A stretch of 64,000 bases of DNA from Macrostomum lignano. Taxonomy: Eukaryota. The notes beneath the pieces were generated by a model that saw only the letters and a program-made list of their open reading frames with translations, did no database searches and was not told the origin of the DNA. Shown piece by piece: positions 1 to 13,200 of the stretch (positions are counted from its first letter, which is position 1; each line of letters starts with the position of its first letter). A program made the translations under genes and the position numbers. The stretch is taken from assembly GCA_002269645.1 (NCBI GenBank), contig NIVC01000302.1, positions 130,303 to 194,302 on the forward strand, given 5' to 3'.

Positions 1-759
1 TCAAAGCATTAAGTATCGAGTGTACATTCACCTGCCTGCTGTTTATTCATTGAATTTCACTGCCCAGCTAATATACAGACAGGCTGCCTTTTGAAAGGCG
101 CCGATAGTAAAACCAATTGAATCTCGACACAGTCCTATCTATCTGTTTACAATGTACATTGCTATGTACACTCAGCCCAAACCAACCCTCCGTTCTGGAG
201 GGAAGCATTAAATTTAACTGAACCCCCCAACACGCGGGGGTTTTATTAACATTGAACCCAGAACACGCATCAACCACCCCTCCAATACACAGCGACCTGC
301 GGGGGGAGGTTGGGGTGGTTGTTTTTACAATAATGCCACTGGAGAGGCAAAGTGGCCAAAGAAGGTTAAGAAAACAGTTTTTTGCTTTTTTAACGGACTT
401 GACTTTTAATTTTTCAACATTAAAATAGCCTATTTGTTGCGTAGGAAAATTCTGAATTGATATATGTAAGTCCCGCATTTGAGTTGCCAGCCGTCTAGGA
501 AGAGATACGCGTTAAACCCGGCCGGTCGATCGACCCACTCAGCTTTAGATATAACGAGGCCAACTCCTCCGTTGGCGGAGTGAGGGGATAGAACTCCCAT
601 CGCCAGAATTTCATTCCCCGAAACCATCAGCTGAATCCAATGACACGAATCCCATCGTCCAAATCCTCTCCAAATCCTATATTAACCTCCCAAAAACCAT
701 GTTGTTTTACCTGTGTGCAAAAATTGACTGCCTGCCATCGTCCAGACTGAGACTCTCGT

Positions 760-2290
760 CTGTCTCCTCTCTCCTCTTTGCTCTCTCATCTCTAATCTCT
801 CCTATCTCCTCTCTGCTCTCTCATCTCTAATCTCTCCTATCTCCTCTCTGCTCTCATCTCCTCGCTTATCTATCATTTCTCATGTCTACTCTCTTATCTC
901 TCCTCACTACTTTCTCCTCTCAACTTTTTCCTCTCTCCTCTTTTATCTCTTCTCTCTCCTCTCCTTTATCTCCTCTCTGCTCTCTCATCTCTCTACTTTC
1001 TCCCCTCTCCTCTCTCCCTTATCCTCTTGCTTCTCTCTCCTCTCTCTCCCCTCATCTCTACTAATTTATCTCTTCTCTCTCGTCTTTTGGCTCTACTCCC
1101 TCTGTCTCCTCTTTCTCCTCTCTTACCCCTCTCCTCTCTCCTCTCAATTCCTTCATCTCTTCTCTCGCCTTTATTCTCTTTTTTTCTTTTCTCTAATCTG
1201 TCCCTTTTAATTCTTTTAATTCAATTTAACCATTTCATCCTCTCCATGAAACAGCTATCATCAAAATCCTCTCCGTTAAACTGCAATCTAGCTTGTATCA
1301 TCCTCCTTCAAGCTACAATCCATCGATTTAAAAAAATACTATCTCTATCAAATTTCAGTCAATCAAGACTATGAAACTGAAGTCTATAAAAATATGATTT
1401 TTACTTGTCTGGGTATACGTCAAAAAATCTTCCAAATCTTCCAAATCCTCCATAAAACCTCTGAAATATCATAGCATGTTTTCCCTGTTTACAAAAATTG
1501 ACTGCCATCGTCCAGACTGAGACTCTCTCCTGTCGCCTCTCTCCTCTTTGCTCCTTTATCTAATCTCTTCTTTCTACTTCCTGCTCTCCATCTCCTCTCT
1601 CATCTCTACTCTTACTTTCTTATCAATCACCTCCCATCTCTCATCTCTCCCTCTACGCTCTCATCTCTATTTTCTCATCTCTATTCTCTCATCTTTCCCC
1701 TTTTGCTCTCTCATTTGTTTTTTCATCTCTCTCTTCTCTCCCTTCTCTTCTCGCTTCGCTCTCTCCCCTCTTCTCTCTATCTCTTCTCTCCTGTCTTCTC
1801 TCAATTCTCTCTATCTCTCCTCTTCTCTCTCATCTCTCATCTCTACTCGCTTATCTATCGCCTCTCCTCTACCCTGTCCTCTCTCTCTCCTCTTTTTTCT
1901 CTCTCGTCTCTCCTCTCTGCTCTCAATTCTCATACTCCTTTTTTCTCTCTTACCCTCTCCCTCTTCATCTCTCATCTTTCCCCTCTTCTCTCTACCGTCT
2001 CCTGTCTCATCTCTCCTCTCTCTTCTCTCTCCTCTGTACTATCTTATCCCTCCTCTCTCCTCCCATCTTTCCTCCCTCCTTTGCTCTCTCATTTTCCTCT
2101 CTCCCCTCCTTTCTTCCCTCTACTTTCTCTTCTCTTCGCTCTCCCTCTTCATCATTCCCGCCTCACTCCCCTCTTCTCTCCCCTCTGGCTCTGTCGTCTT
2201 TAATCTCTTATCTCTCATATCTACTGTCTTTCTATCATCTTTCTATCCTCTCTTCTCCTTGAAATCTCTCTTCTCTTTACTCTCTTATCT
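760..2290 (+). repeat. CT-rich polypyrimidine low-complexity tracts (representative copy; repeated in most array units)
   Basis: Near-pure C/T stretches of about 0.5-0.8 kb, each preceded by the motif AAAATTGACTGCC..GTCCAGACTGAGACTCTC. Confidence 0.95.
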
Positions 2291-3385
2291 GACGGACTGA
2301 AAGCGCCGATAATCAAACCAATTGAAATTTGTTACCCGCCTCCTCCATTACTGAATTTACTCAAATGATAGCTGGCCTGAATTTGTGTACTCAACCCCCC
2401 CCCCCCAACTACAATCTTGGCAGAAATTTTAAAAGTATGGAATCGTTTTTTCAATGCTGTGCTTTTTGTTTTCATATTTAAAGCAAATAACTTATATCCC
2501 CGAATTCAGCGTTGCAAGATCCTTCCAGCAGTATAAGTCTCTCCTCTCAAAGTTAAAAAAAAGGAACAGTTAACGTCTGAACTTCCCAGTTCAAAGCATT
2601 AAGTATCGAGTGTACATTCACCTGCCTGCTGTTTATTCATTGAATTTCACTGCCCAGCTAATATACAGACAGGCTGCCTTTTGAAAGGCGCCGATAGTAA
2701 AACCAATTGAATCTCGACACAGTCCTATCTATCTGTTTACAATGTACATTGCTATGTACACTCAGCCCAAACCAACCCTCCGTTCTGGAGGGAAGCATTA
2801 AATTTAACTGAACCCCCAACACGCGGGGTTTTATTAACATTGAACCCAGAACACGCATCAACCACCCCTCCAATACACAGCGACCTGCGGGGGGAGGTTG
2901 GGGTGGTTGTTTTTACAATAATGCCACTGGAGAGGCAAAGTGGCCAAAGAAGGTTAAGAAAACAGTTTTTTGCTTTTTTAACGGACTTGACTTTTAATTT
3001 TTCAACATTAAAATAGCCTATTTGTTGCGTAGGAAAATTCTGAATTGATATATGTAAGTCCCGCATTTGAGTTGCCAGCCGTCTAGGAAGAGATACGCGT
3101 TAAACCCGGCCGGTCGATCGACCCACTCAGCTTTAGATATAACGAGGCCAACTCCTCCGTTGGCGGAGTAAGGGGAAGAACTCCCATCGCCAGAATTTCA
3201 TTTTCTGAAATCCATCAGCTGAATCCAATGACACGAATCCCATCGTCCAAATCCTCTCCAAATCCTCTATTAACCCCCCAAAAATCATGTTGTTTTACCT
3301 GTTTGCAAAAATTGACTGCCTGCCATCATTCCTGCCTCACTCCCCTCTTCTCTCCCCTCTGTCGTCGACTCGTCTTTAATCTCAC

Positions 3386-3775
3386 TGTCGCGACTTTCCT
3401 AGTCATTTCTTTAGTTCACCTTCACTTGTCTCTGTTTACTCTGTTTTCTCTCTTCTCTGTCCAGCTCAATCTTGTTATTCTTATCTCTCTCTCCCTTGCT
3501 GCCTTCTGATTGGCTCTCCATTCTCGCCTCTCTCTTCAGTCGCGCACTCCACCCCCTCTCTTTATTATTCTAGGCTCAACCCCCCAAAGTTAAATGTTCT
3601 ATAAATATATCGGTTTGGGCCCTGCGCCCACTTACTGCTCCTTCAATTTAACTCCAATTAAATAGTTTTTAGTTTAGTTAGTATTTTTTCTACATGGCGC
3701 CCAATGTGGGGCTTATCTTAGATTCAATTTAACTCCAAGTAACTCTCTAGTCTTTAGTTTAGTATTTTTTCTACA
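3386..3775 (+). mobile_element. Miniature LTR element (LTR + PBS + partial second LTR end), copy 1
   Basis: TG...CA at 3386-3694. PBS TGGCGCCCAATGTGGGGC at 3695-3712 matches the complement of the tRNA-Lys(CUU) 3' end at 17/18. A second ..TTTTCTACA end is at 3775, and a 5-bp TSD CTCAC flanks both sides. Confidence 0.8.
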
Positions 3776-4232
3776 CTCACAGCTCTCATATCTACTGTCT
3801 TTTCCATTATCTTTCTATCCTCTCTTCTCCTTGAAATCTCTTCTCTCTACTCTCTTATCTGACGGACTGAAAGCGCCGATAATCAAACCAATTGAAATTT
3901 ATCACCCGCCTCCTCCATTACTGAAATTACTCAAATGATAGCTGGCTTGAATTTGTGTACGCAACCTTCCCCCCAACTACAATCTTGGCAGAAAGTTTAA
4001 AAGTATGGAAATCGTTTTTTCAATGCTGTGCTTTTTGTTTTCATTTAAAACAAATAACTTATATCCCCAAACTCAGCGTTGCAAGATCTTTCCAGCAATA
4101 CAAATTCTCTCCTCTCAAAGCTTAAAACTCAAGGAACAGTTAGCGTTTGAACTTCCCGATTTAAAGCATTGAAGTATCTATCGAGTGTACATTCACTGCC
4201 TGCTAGCTAGTAAGAGGCTCGCAAGTTTATTC

Positions 4233-4270
4233 CAGGGACTACTCAATTCTAGAGAATTGAGTAGTCCCTG
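4233..4270. mobile_element. 38-bp TIR-only hAT-like insertion, copy 1
   Basis: CAGGGACTACTCAATTCT-AG-AGAATTGAGTAGTCCCTG flanked by 8-bp TSD GTTTATTC; empty site at 24043-24050. Confidence 0.8.
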
Positions 4271-7200
4271 GTTTATTCATTGAATTTAGCTGCCCAGCTA
4301 AATACAGTCTTGAAAGACGCCGATAATAAAACCAATTGAATATCGACACAGTCCTTATCTATCTGTTTACACAGTACATTGCTATGTACACTCAGCCCAA
4401 ACCAACCCCCCTATTCCGGGGGAATCATTAAATTTTACTTCACCCCCAACACGCGGGGGTTTTATTAGCATTGAACCCAGAACACGCGTCACCCACCCCT
4501 CCAATACACAGCGACCCGCGGGAGGAGGTTGGGGTGGTTGTTTTTACAATTATGCCACTACCCCTCCACTGGAGAGGCAAAGTGGCCAAAGAAGGTTAAG
4601 AAAACAGTTTTCTGCTTTTTTAACTGACTTAATTTTGGAAATTTCAACATTAAAATAGCCTATTTGTTGCGTAGGAAAATTCTGCATTGATATATGTAAG
4701 TCCCGCATTTGAGTTGCCAGCCGTCTAGGAGGAGATACGCGTTAAACCCGGCCGGTCGATCGATCCACTCAGCTTTAGATATAAGACGAGGCCAACTCCT
4801 CCGTTGGCGGAGTGAGGGGATAGAACTCCCATCGCCAGAATTTCATTCCCCGAAACCATCAGCTGAATCCAATGACACGAATCCCATCGTCCAAATCCTC
4901 TCCAAATCCTATATTAACCTCCCAAAAACCATGTTGTTTTACCTGTGTGCAAAAATTGACTGCCTGCCATCGTCCAGACTGAGACTCTCGTCTGTCTCCT
5001 CTCTCCTCTTTGCTCTCTCATCTCTAATCTCTCCTATCTCCTCTCTGCTCTCTCATCTCTAATCTCTCCTATCTCCTCTCTGCTCTCATCTCCTCGCTTA
5101 TCTATCATTTCTCATGTCTACTCTCTTATCTCTCCTCACTACTTTCTCCTCTCAACTTTTTCCTCTCTCCTCTTTTATCTCTTCTCTCTCCTCTCCTTTA
5201 TCTCCTCTCTGCTCTCTCATCTCTCTACTTTCTCCCCTCTCCTCTCTCCCTTATCCTCTTGCTTCTCTCTCCTCTCTCTCCCCTCATCTCTACTAATTTA
5301 TCTCTTCTCTCTCGTCTTTTGGCTCTACTCCCTCTGTCTCCTCTTTCTCCTCTCTTACCCCTCTCCTCTCTCCTCTCAATTCCTTCATCTCTTCTCTCGC
5401 CTTTATTCTCTTTTTTCTTTTCTCTAATCTGTCCCTTTTAATTCTCTCTTTTCATGTTCTCTTTCATCTAATCTTTTATCTACTCTAGCCTTTTCTCTTT
5501 TCTCTATTCCCTTTCAATTTAACCATTTCATCCTCTCCATGAAACAGCTATCATCAAAATCCTCTCCGTTAAACTGCAATCTAGCTTGTATCATCCTCCT
5601 TCAAGCTACAATCCATCGATTTAAAAAAATACTATCTCTATCAAATTTCAGTCAATCAAGACTATGAAACTGAAGTCTATAAAAATATGATTTTTACTTG
5701 TCTGGGTATACGTCAAAAAATCTTCCAAATCTTCCAAATCCTCCATAAAACCTCTGAAATATCATAGCATGTTTTCCCTGTTTACAAAAATTGACTGCCA
5801 TCGTCCAGACTGAGACTCTCTCCTGTCGCCTCTCTCCTCTTTGCTCCTTTATCTAATCTCTTCTTTCTGCTTCCTGCTCTCCATCTCCTCTCTCATCTCT
5901 ACTCTTACTTTCTTATCAATCACCTCCCATCTCTCATCTCTCCCCTCTACGCTCTCATCTCTATTTTCTCATCTCTATTCTCTCATCTTTCCCCTTTTGC
6001 TCTCTCATTTGTTTTTTCATCTCTCTCTTCTCTCCCTTCTCTTCTCGCTTCGCTCTCTCCCCTCTTCTCTCTATCTCTTCTCTCCTGTCTTCTCTCAATT
6101 CTCTCTATCTCTCCTCTTCTCTCTCATCTCTCATCTCTACTCGCTTATCTATCGCCTCTCCTCTACCCTGTCCTCTCTCTCTCCTCTTTTTTCTCTCTCG
6201 TATCTCCTCTCTGCTCTCAATTCTCATACTCCTATTTTCTCTCTTACCCTCTCCCTCTTCATCTCTCATCTTTCCCCTCTTCTCTCTACCGTCTCCTGTC
6301 TCATCTCTCCTCTCTCTTCTCTCTCCTCTGTACTATCTTATCCCTCCTCTCTCCTCCCATCTTTCCTCCCTCCTTTGCTCTCTCATTTTCCTCTCTCCCC
6401 TCCTTTCTTCCCTCTACTTTCTCTTCTCTTCGCTCTCCCTCTTCATCATTCCCGCCTCACTCCCCTCTTCTCTCCCCTCTGGCTCTGTCGTCTTTAATCT
6501 CTTATCTCTCATATCTACTGTCTTTCTATCATCTTTCTATCCTCTCTTCTCCTTGAAATCTCTCTTCTCTTTACTCTCTTATCTGACGGACTGAAAGCGC
6601 CGATAATCAAACCAATTGAAATTTGTTACCAGCCTCCTCCATTACTGAATTTACTCAAATGATAGCTGGCCTGAATTTGTGTACTCAACCCCCCCCAACT
6701 ACAATCTTGGCAGAAATTTTAAAAGTATGGAATCGTTTTTTCAATGCTGTGCTTTTTGTTTTCATATTTAAAGCAAATAACTTAAATCCCCGAATTCAGC
6801 GTTGCAAGATCCTTCCAGCAATATAAGTCTCTCCTCTCAAAGTTAAAAAAAAGGAACAGTTAACGTCTGAACTTCCCGGTTCAAAGCATTAAGTATCGAG
6901 TGTACATTCACCTGCCTGCTGTTTATTCATTGAATTTCACTGCCCAGCTAATATACAGACAGGCTGCCTTTTGAAAGGCGCCGATAGTAAAACCAATTGA
7001 ATCTCGACACAGTCCTATCTATCTGTTTACAATGTACATTGCTATGTACACTCAGCCCAAACCAACCCTCCGTTCTGGAGGGAAGCATTAAATTTAACTG
7101 AACCCCCAACACGCGGGGGTTTTATTAGCATTGAACCCAGAACACGCATCAACCACCCCTCCAATACACAGCGACCTGCGGGGGAGGTTGGGGTGGTTGT

Positions 7201-10200
7201 TTTTACAATAATGCCACTGGAGAGGCAAAGTGGCCAAAGAAGGTTAAGAAAACAGTTTTTTGCTTTTTTAACGGACTTGACTTTTAATTTTTCAACATTA
7301 AAATAGCCTATTTGTTGCGTAGGAAAATTTTGAATTGATATATGTAAGTCCCGCATTTGAGTTGCCAGCCGTCTAGGAGGAGATACGCGTTAAACCCGGC
7401 CGGTCGATCGACCCACTCGACCTTAGCTTTAGATATAAGACGAGGCCAACTCCTCCGTTGGCGGAGTGAGGGGATAGAACTCCCATCGCCAGAATTTCAT
7501 TCCCCGAAACCATCAGCTGAATCCAATGACACGAATCCCATCGTCCAAATCCTCTCCAAATCCTATATTAACCTCCCAAAAACCATGTTGTTTTACCTGT
7601 GTGCAAAAATTGACTGCCTGCCATTGTCCAGATTGAGACTCTCGTCTGTCCCTCTCTCCTCTTTGCTCTCTCATCTCTAATCTCTCCTATCTCCTCTCTG
7701 CTCTCATCTGCTCGTTTATCAATCATTTCTCATCTCATCTCTTATCTCTCATCTCTACTCTCTTATCTCTCCTTTCTGCACTCTCATATCTAGACTCTCT
7801 TCTTTCTCCTCACCACTTTCTCCTCTACTTTTTCCTCTCTTCTCTTTTATCTCTTCACTCTCCTCTCCTTTATCTCCTCTCTGCTCTCTCATCTTTCTAC
7901 TTTCTCCCCTCTCCTCTCTCCCTTATCCTCTCGCTTCTCTCTCCCCTCATCTTTACTCATTTATCTCTTCTCTCTCGTCTTTTGGCTCTACTCCCTCCTG
8001 TCTCCTCTTTCTCCTCTCTTACCCCCTCTCCTCTCTCCTCTCAATTCCCCCATCTCTTCTCTCGCCTTTATTCTCTTTTTCTTTTCTCTAATCTGCCCTT
8101 TTGATTCTCTCTTTTCATGTTCTCTTTCCTCTAATATTTTATTCACTCTTTCCTTTCTCTTTTCTCTATTCCCTTTCATTTAGCCATTTCATCCTCTCTA
8201 TGAAACAGATATCATCAAAATCATCTCCGTTAAATGCAATCTCCTTCAAGTGTATCATCTCCTTCAAGCTACAATCCATCATTTAAAAAAATATTATCTC
8301 TATCAAATTTCAGTCACTCAAGACTATGAAACTGAAGTCTATAAAATATGCTTTTTACTTGTCTGGATATACGTCAAAAAAATTAAAAAAATCCTCCATA
8401 AAACCTCTGAAATATCATAGCATGTTTTCCCTGTTTGCAAAAATTAATCTCTCCTATCTCCTCTCTGCTCTCTCATCTCTAATCTCTCCTATCTCCTCTC
8501 TGCTCTCATCTCCTCGCTTATCTATCATTTCTCATGTCTACTCTCTTATCTCTCCTCACTACTTTCTCCTCTCAACTTTTTCCTCTCTCCTCTTTTATCT
8601 CTTCTCTCTCCTCTCCTTTATCTCCTCTCTGCTCTCTCATCTCTCTACTTTCTCCCCTCTCCTCTCTCCCTTATCCTCTTGCTTCTCTCTCCTCTCTCTC
8701 CCCTCATCTCTACTAATTTATCTCTTCTCTCTCGTCTTTTGGCTCTACTCCCTCTGTCTCCTCTTTCTCCTCTCTTACCCCTCTCCTCTCTCCTCTCAAT
8801 TCCTTCATCTCTTCTCTCGCCTTTATTCTCTTTTTTTCTTTTCTCTAATCTGTCCCTTTTAATTCTTTTAATTCAATTTAACCATTTCATCCTCTCCATG
8901 AAACAGCTATCATCAAAATCCTCTCCGTTAAACTGCAATCTAGCTTGTATCATCCTCCTTCAAGCTACAATCCATCGATTTAAAAAAATACTATCTCTAT
9001 CAAATTTCAGTCAATCAAGACTATGAAACTGAAGTCTATAAAAATATGATTTTTACTTGTCTGGGTATACGTCAAAAAATCTTCCAAATCTTCCAAATCC
9101 TCCATAAAACCTCTGAAATATCATAGCATGTTTTCCCTGTTTACAAAAATTGACTGCCATCGTCCAGACTGAGACTCTCTCCTGTCGCCTCTCTCCTCTT
9201 TGCTCCTTTATCTAATCTCTTCTTTCTGCTTCCTGCTCTCCATCTCCTCTCTCATCTCTACTCTTACTTTCTTATCAATCACCTCCCATCTCTCATCTCT
9301 CCCCTCTACGCTCTCATCTCTATTTTCTCATCTCTATTCTCTCATCTTTCCCCTTTTGCTCTCTCATTTGTTTTTTCATCTCTCTCTTCTCTCCCTTCTC
9401 TTCTCGCTTCGCTCTCTCCCCTCTTCTCTCTATCTCTTCTCTCCTGTCTTCTCTCAATTCTCTCTATCTCTCCTCTTCTCTCTCATCTCTCATCTCTACT
9501 CGCTTATCTATCGCCTCTCCTCTACCCTGTCCTCTCTCTCTCCTCTTTTTTCTCTCTCGTATCTCCTCTCTGCTCTCAATTCTCATACTCCTATTTTCTC
9601 TCTTACCCTCTCCCTCTTCATCTCTCATCTTTCCCCTCTTCTCTCTACCGTCTCCTGTCTCATCTCTCCTCTCTCTTCTCTCTCCTCTGTACTATCTTAT
9701 CCCTCCTCTCTCCTCCCATCTTTCCTCCCTCCTTTGCTCTCTCATTTTCCTCTCTCCCCTCCTTTCTTCCCTCTACTTTCTCTTCTCTTCGCTCTCCCTC
9801 TTCATCATTCCCGCCTCACTCCCCTCTTCTCTCCCCTCTGGCTCTGTCGTCTTTAATCTCTTATCTCTCATATCTACTGTCTTTCTATCATCTTTCTATC
9901 CTCTCTTCTCCTTGAAATCTCTCTTCTCTTTACTCTCTTATCTGACGGACTGAAAGCGCCGATAATCAAACCAATTGAAATTTGTTACCAGCCTCCTCCA
10001 TTACTGAATTTACTCAAATGATAGCTGGCCTGAATTTGTGTACTCAACCCCCCCCAACTACAATCTTGGCAGAAATTTTAAAAGTATGGAATCGTTTTTT
10101 CAATGCTGTGCTTTTTGTTTTCATATTTAAAGCAAATAACTTAAATCCCCGAATTCAGCGTTGCAAGATCCTTCCAGCAATATAAGTCTCTCCTCTCAAA

Positions 10201-13200
10201 GTTAAAAAAAAGGAACAGTTAACGTCTGAACTTCCCGGTTCAAAGCATTAAGTATCGAGTGTACATTCACCTGCCTGCTGTTTATTCATTGAATTTCACT
10301 GCCCAGCTAATATACAGACAGGCTGCCTTTTGAAAGGCGCCGATAGTAAAACCAATTGAATCTCGACACAGTCCTATCTATCTGTTTACAATGTACATTG
10401 CTATGTACACTCAGCCCAAACCAACCCTCCGTTCTGGAGGGAAGCATTAAATTTAACTGAACCCCCCAACACGCGGGGGTTTTATTAGCATTGAACCCAG
10501 AACACGCATCAACCACCCCTCCAATACACAGCGACCTGCGGGGGGAGGTTGGGGTGGTTGTTTTTACAATAATGCCACTGGAGAGGCAAAGTGGCCAAAG
10601 AAGGTTAAGAAAACAGTTTTTTGCTTTTTTAACGGACTTGACTTTTAATTTTTCAACATTAAAATAGCCTATTTGTTGCGTAGGAAAATTTTGAATTGAT
10701 ATATGTAAGTCCCGCATTTGAGTTGCCAGCCGTCTAGGAGGAGATACGCGTTAAACCCGGCCGGTCGATCGACCCACTCGACCTTAGCTTTAGATATAAG
10801 ACGAGGCCAACTCCTCCGTTGGCGGAGTGAGGGGATAGAACTCCCATCGCCAGAATTTCATTCCCCGAAACCATCAGCTGAATCCAATGACACGAATCCC
10901 ATCGTCCAAATCCTCTCCAAATCCTATATTAACCTCCCAAAAACCATGTTGTTTTACCTGTGTGCAAAAATTGACTGCCTGCCATTGTCCAGATTGAGAC
11001 TCTCGTCTGTCCCTCTCTCCTCTTTGCTCTCTCATCTCTAATCTCTCCTATCTCCTCTCTGCTCTCATCTGCTCGTTTATCAATCATTTCTCATCTCATC
11101 TCTTATCTCTCATCTCTACTCTCTTATCTCTCCTTTCTGCACTCTCATATCTAGACTCTCTTCTTTCTCCTCACCACTTTCTCCTCTACTTTTTCCTCTC
11201 TTCTCTTTTATCTCTTCACTCTCCTCTCCTTTATCTCCTCTCTGCTCTCTCATCTTTCTACTTTCTCCCCTCTCCTCTCTCCCTTATCCTCTCGCTTCTC
11301 TCTCCCCTCATCTTTACTCATTTATCTCTTCTCTCTCGTCTTTTGGCTCTACTCCCTCCTGTCTCCTCTTTCTCCTCTCTTACCCCCTCTCCTCTCTCCT
11401 CTCAATTCCCCCATCTCTTCTCTCGCCTTTATTCTCTTTTTCTTTTCTCTAATCTGCCCTTTTGATTCTCTCTTTTCATGTTCTCTTTCCTCTAATATTT
11501 TATTCACTCTTTCCTTTCTCTTTTCTCTATTCCCTTTCATTTAGCCATTTCATCCTCTCTATGAAACAGATATCATCAAAATCATCTCCGTTAAATGCAA
11601 TCTCCTTCAAGTGTATCATCTCCTTCAAGCTACAATCCATCATTTAAAAAAATATTATCTCTATCAAATTTCAGTCACTCAAGACTATGAAACTGAAGTC
11701 TATAAAATATGCTTTTTACTTGTCTGGATATACGTCAAAAAAATTAAAAAAATCCTCCATAAAACCTCTGAAATATCATAGCATGTTTTCCCTGTTTGCA
11801 AAAATTAATCTCTCCTATCTCCTCTCTGCTCTCTCATCTCTAATCTCTCCTATCTCCTCTCTGCTCTCATCTCCTCGCTTATCTATCATTTCTCATGTCT
11901 ACTCTCTTATCTCTCCTCACTACTTTCTCCTCTCAACTTTTTCCTCTCTCCTCTTTTATCTCTTCTCTCTCCTCTCCTTTATCTCCTCTCTGCTCTCTCA
12001 TCTCTCTACTTTCTCCCCTCTCCTCTCTCCCTTATCCTCTTGCTTCTCTCTCTCTCTCTCCCCTCATCTCTACTAATTTATCTCTTCTCTCTCGTCTTTT
12101 GGCTCTACTCCCTCTGTCTCCTCTTTCTCCTCTCTTACCCCTCTCCTCTCTCCTCTCAATTCCTTCATCTCTTCTCTCGCCTTTATTCTCTTTTTTTCTT
12201 TTCTCTAATCTGTCCCTTTTAATTCTTTTAATTCAATTTAACCATTTCATCCTCTCCATGAAACAGCTATCATCAAAATCCTCTCCGTTAAACTGCAATC
12301 TAGCTTGTATCATCCTCCTTCAAGCTACAATCCATCGATTTAAAAAAATACTATCTCTATCAAATTTCAGTCAATCAAGACTATGAAACTGAAGTCTATA
12401 AAAATATGATTTTTACTTGTCTGGGTATACGTCAAAAAATCTTCCAAATCTTCCAAATCCTCCATAAAACCTCTGAAATATCATAGCATGTTTTCCCTGT
12501 TTACAAAAATTGACTGCCATCGTCCAGACTGAGACTCTCTCCTGTCGCCTCTCTCCTCTTTGCTCCTTTATCTAATCTCTTCTTTCTGCTTCCTGCTCTC
12601 CATCTCCTCTCTCATCTCTACTCTTACTTTCTTATCAATCACCTCCCATCTCTCATCTCTCCCCTCTACGCTCTCATCTCTATTTTCTCATCTCTATTCT
12701 CTCATCTTTCCCCTTTTGCTCTCTCATTTGTTTTTTCATCTCTCTCTTCTCTCCCTTCTCTTCTCGCTTCGCTCTCTCCCCTCTTCTCTCTATCTCTTCT
12801 CTCCTGTCTTCTCTCAATTCTCTCTATCTCTCCTCTTCTCTCTCATCTCTCATCTCTACTCGCTTATCTATCGCCTCTCCTCTACCCTGTCCTCTCTCTC
12901 TCCTCTTTTTTCTCTCTCGTATCTCCTCTCTGCTCTCAATTCTCATACTCCTATTTTCTCTCTTACCCTCTCCCTCTTCATCTCTCATCTTTCCCCTCTT
13001 CTCTCTACCGTCTCCTGTCTCATCTCTCCTCTCTCTTCTCTCTCCTCTGTACTATCTTATCCCTCCTCTCTCCTCCCATCTTTCCTCCCTCCTTTGCTCT
13101 CTCATTTTCCTCTCTCCCCTCCTTTCTTCCCTCTACTTTCTCTTCTCTTCGCTCTCCCTCTTCATCATTCCCGCCTCACTCCCCTCTTCTCTCCCCTCTG

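Noticed and set aside
535-620. HDV-like ribozyme or pseudoknot at the unit junction
   Set aside because: P1 has a mismatch, P2 cannot be formed convincingly, and the second stem is broken in the GTAAGG variants. The hairpin is better explained as a Helitron 3' terminator on the other strand.
3695-3712. tRNA gene
   Set aside because: Only the 18-nt complement of a tRNA 3' end (a PBS). The tRNA-like heads at 34090 and 56050 lack a full cloverleaf and continue into SINE bodies.
2290-4200. Mitochondrial insert or alternative genetic code to explain stops in protein-like minus-strand text
   Set aside because: No mitochondrial gene motifs, and frameshifts differ between copies.
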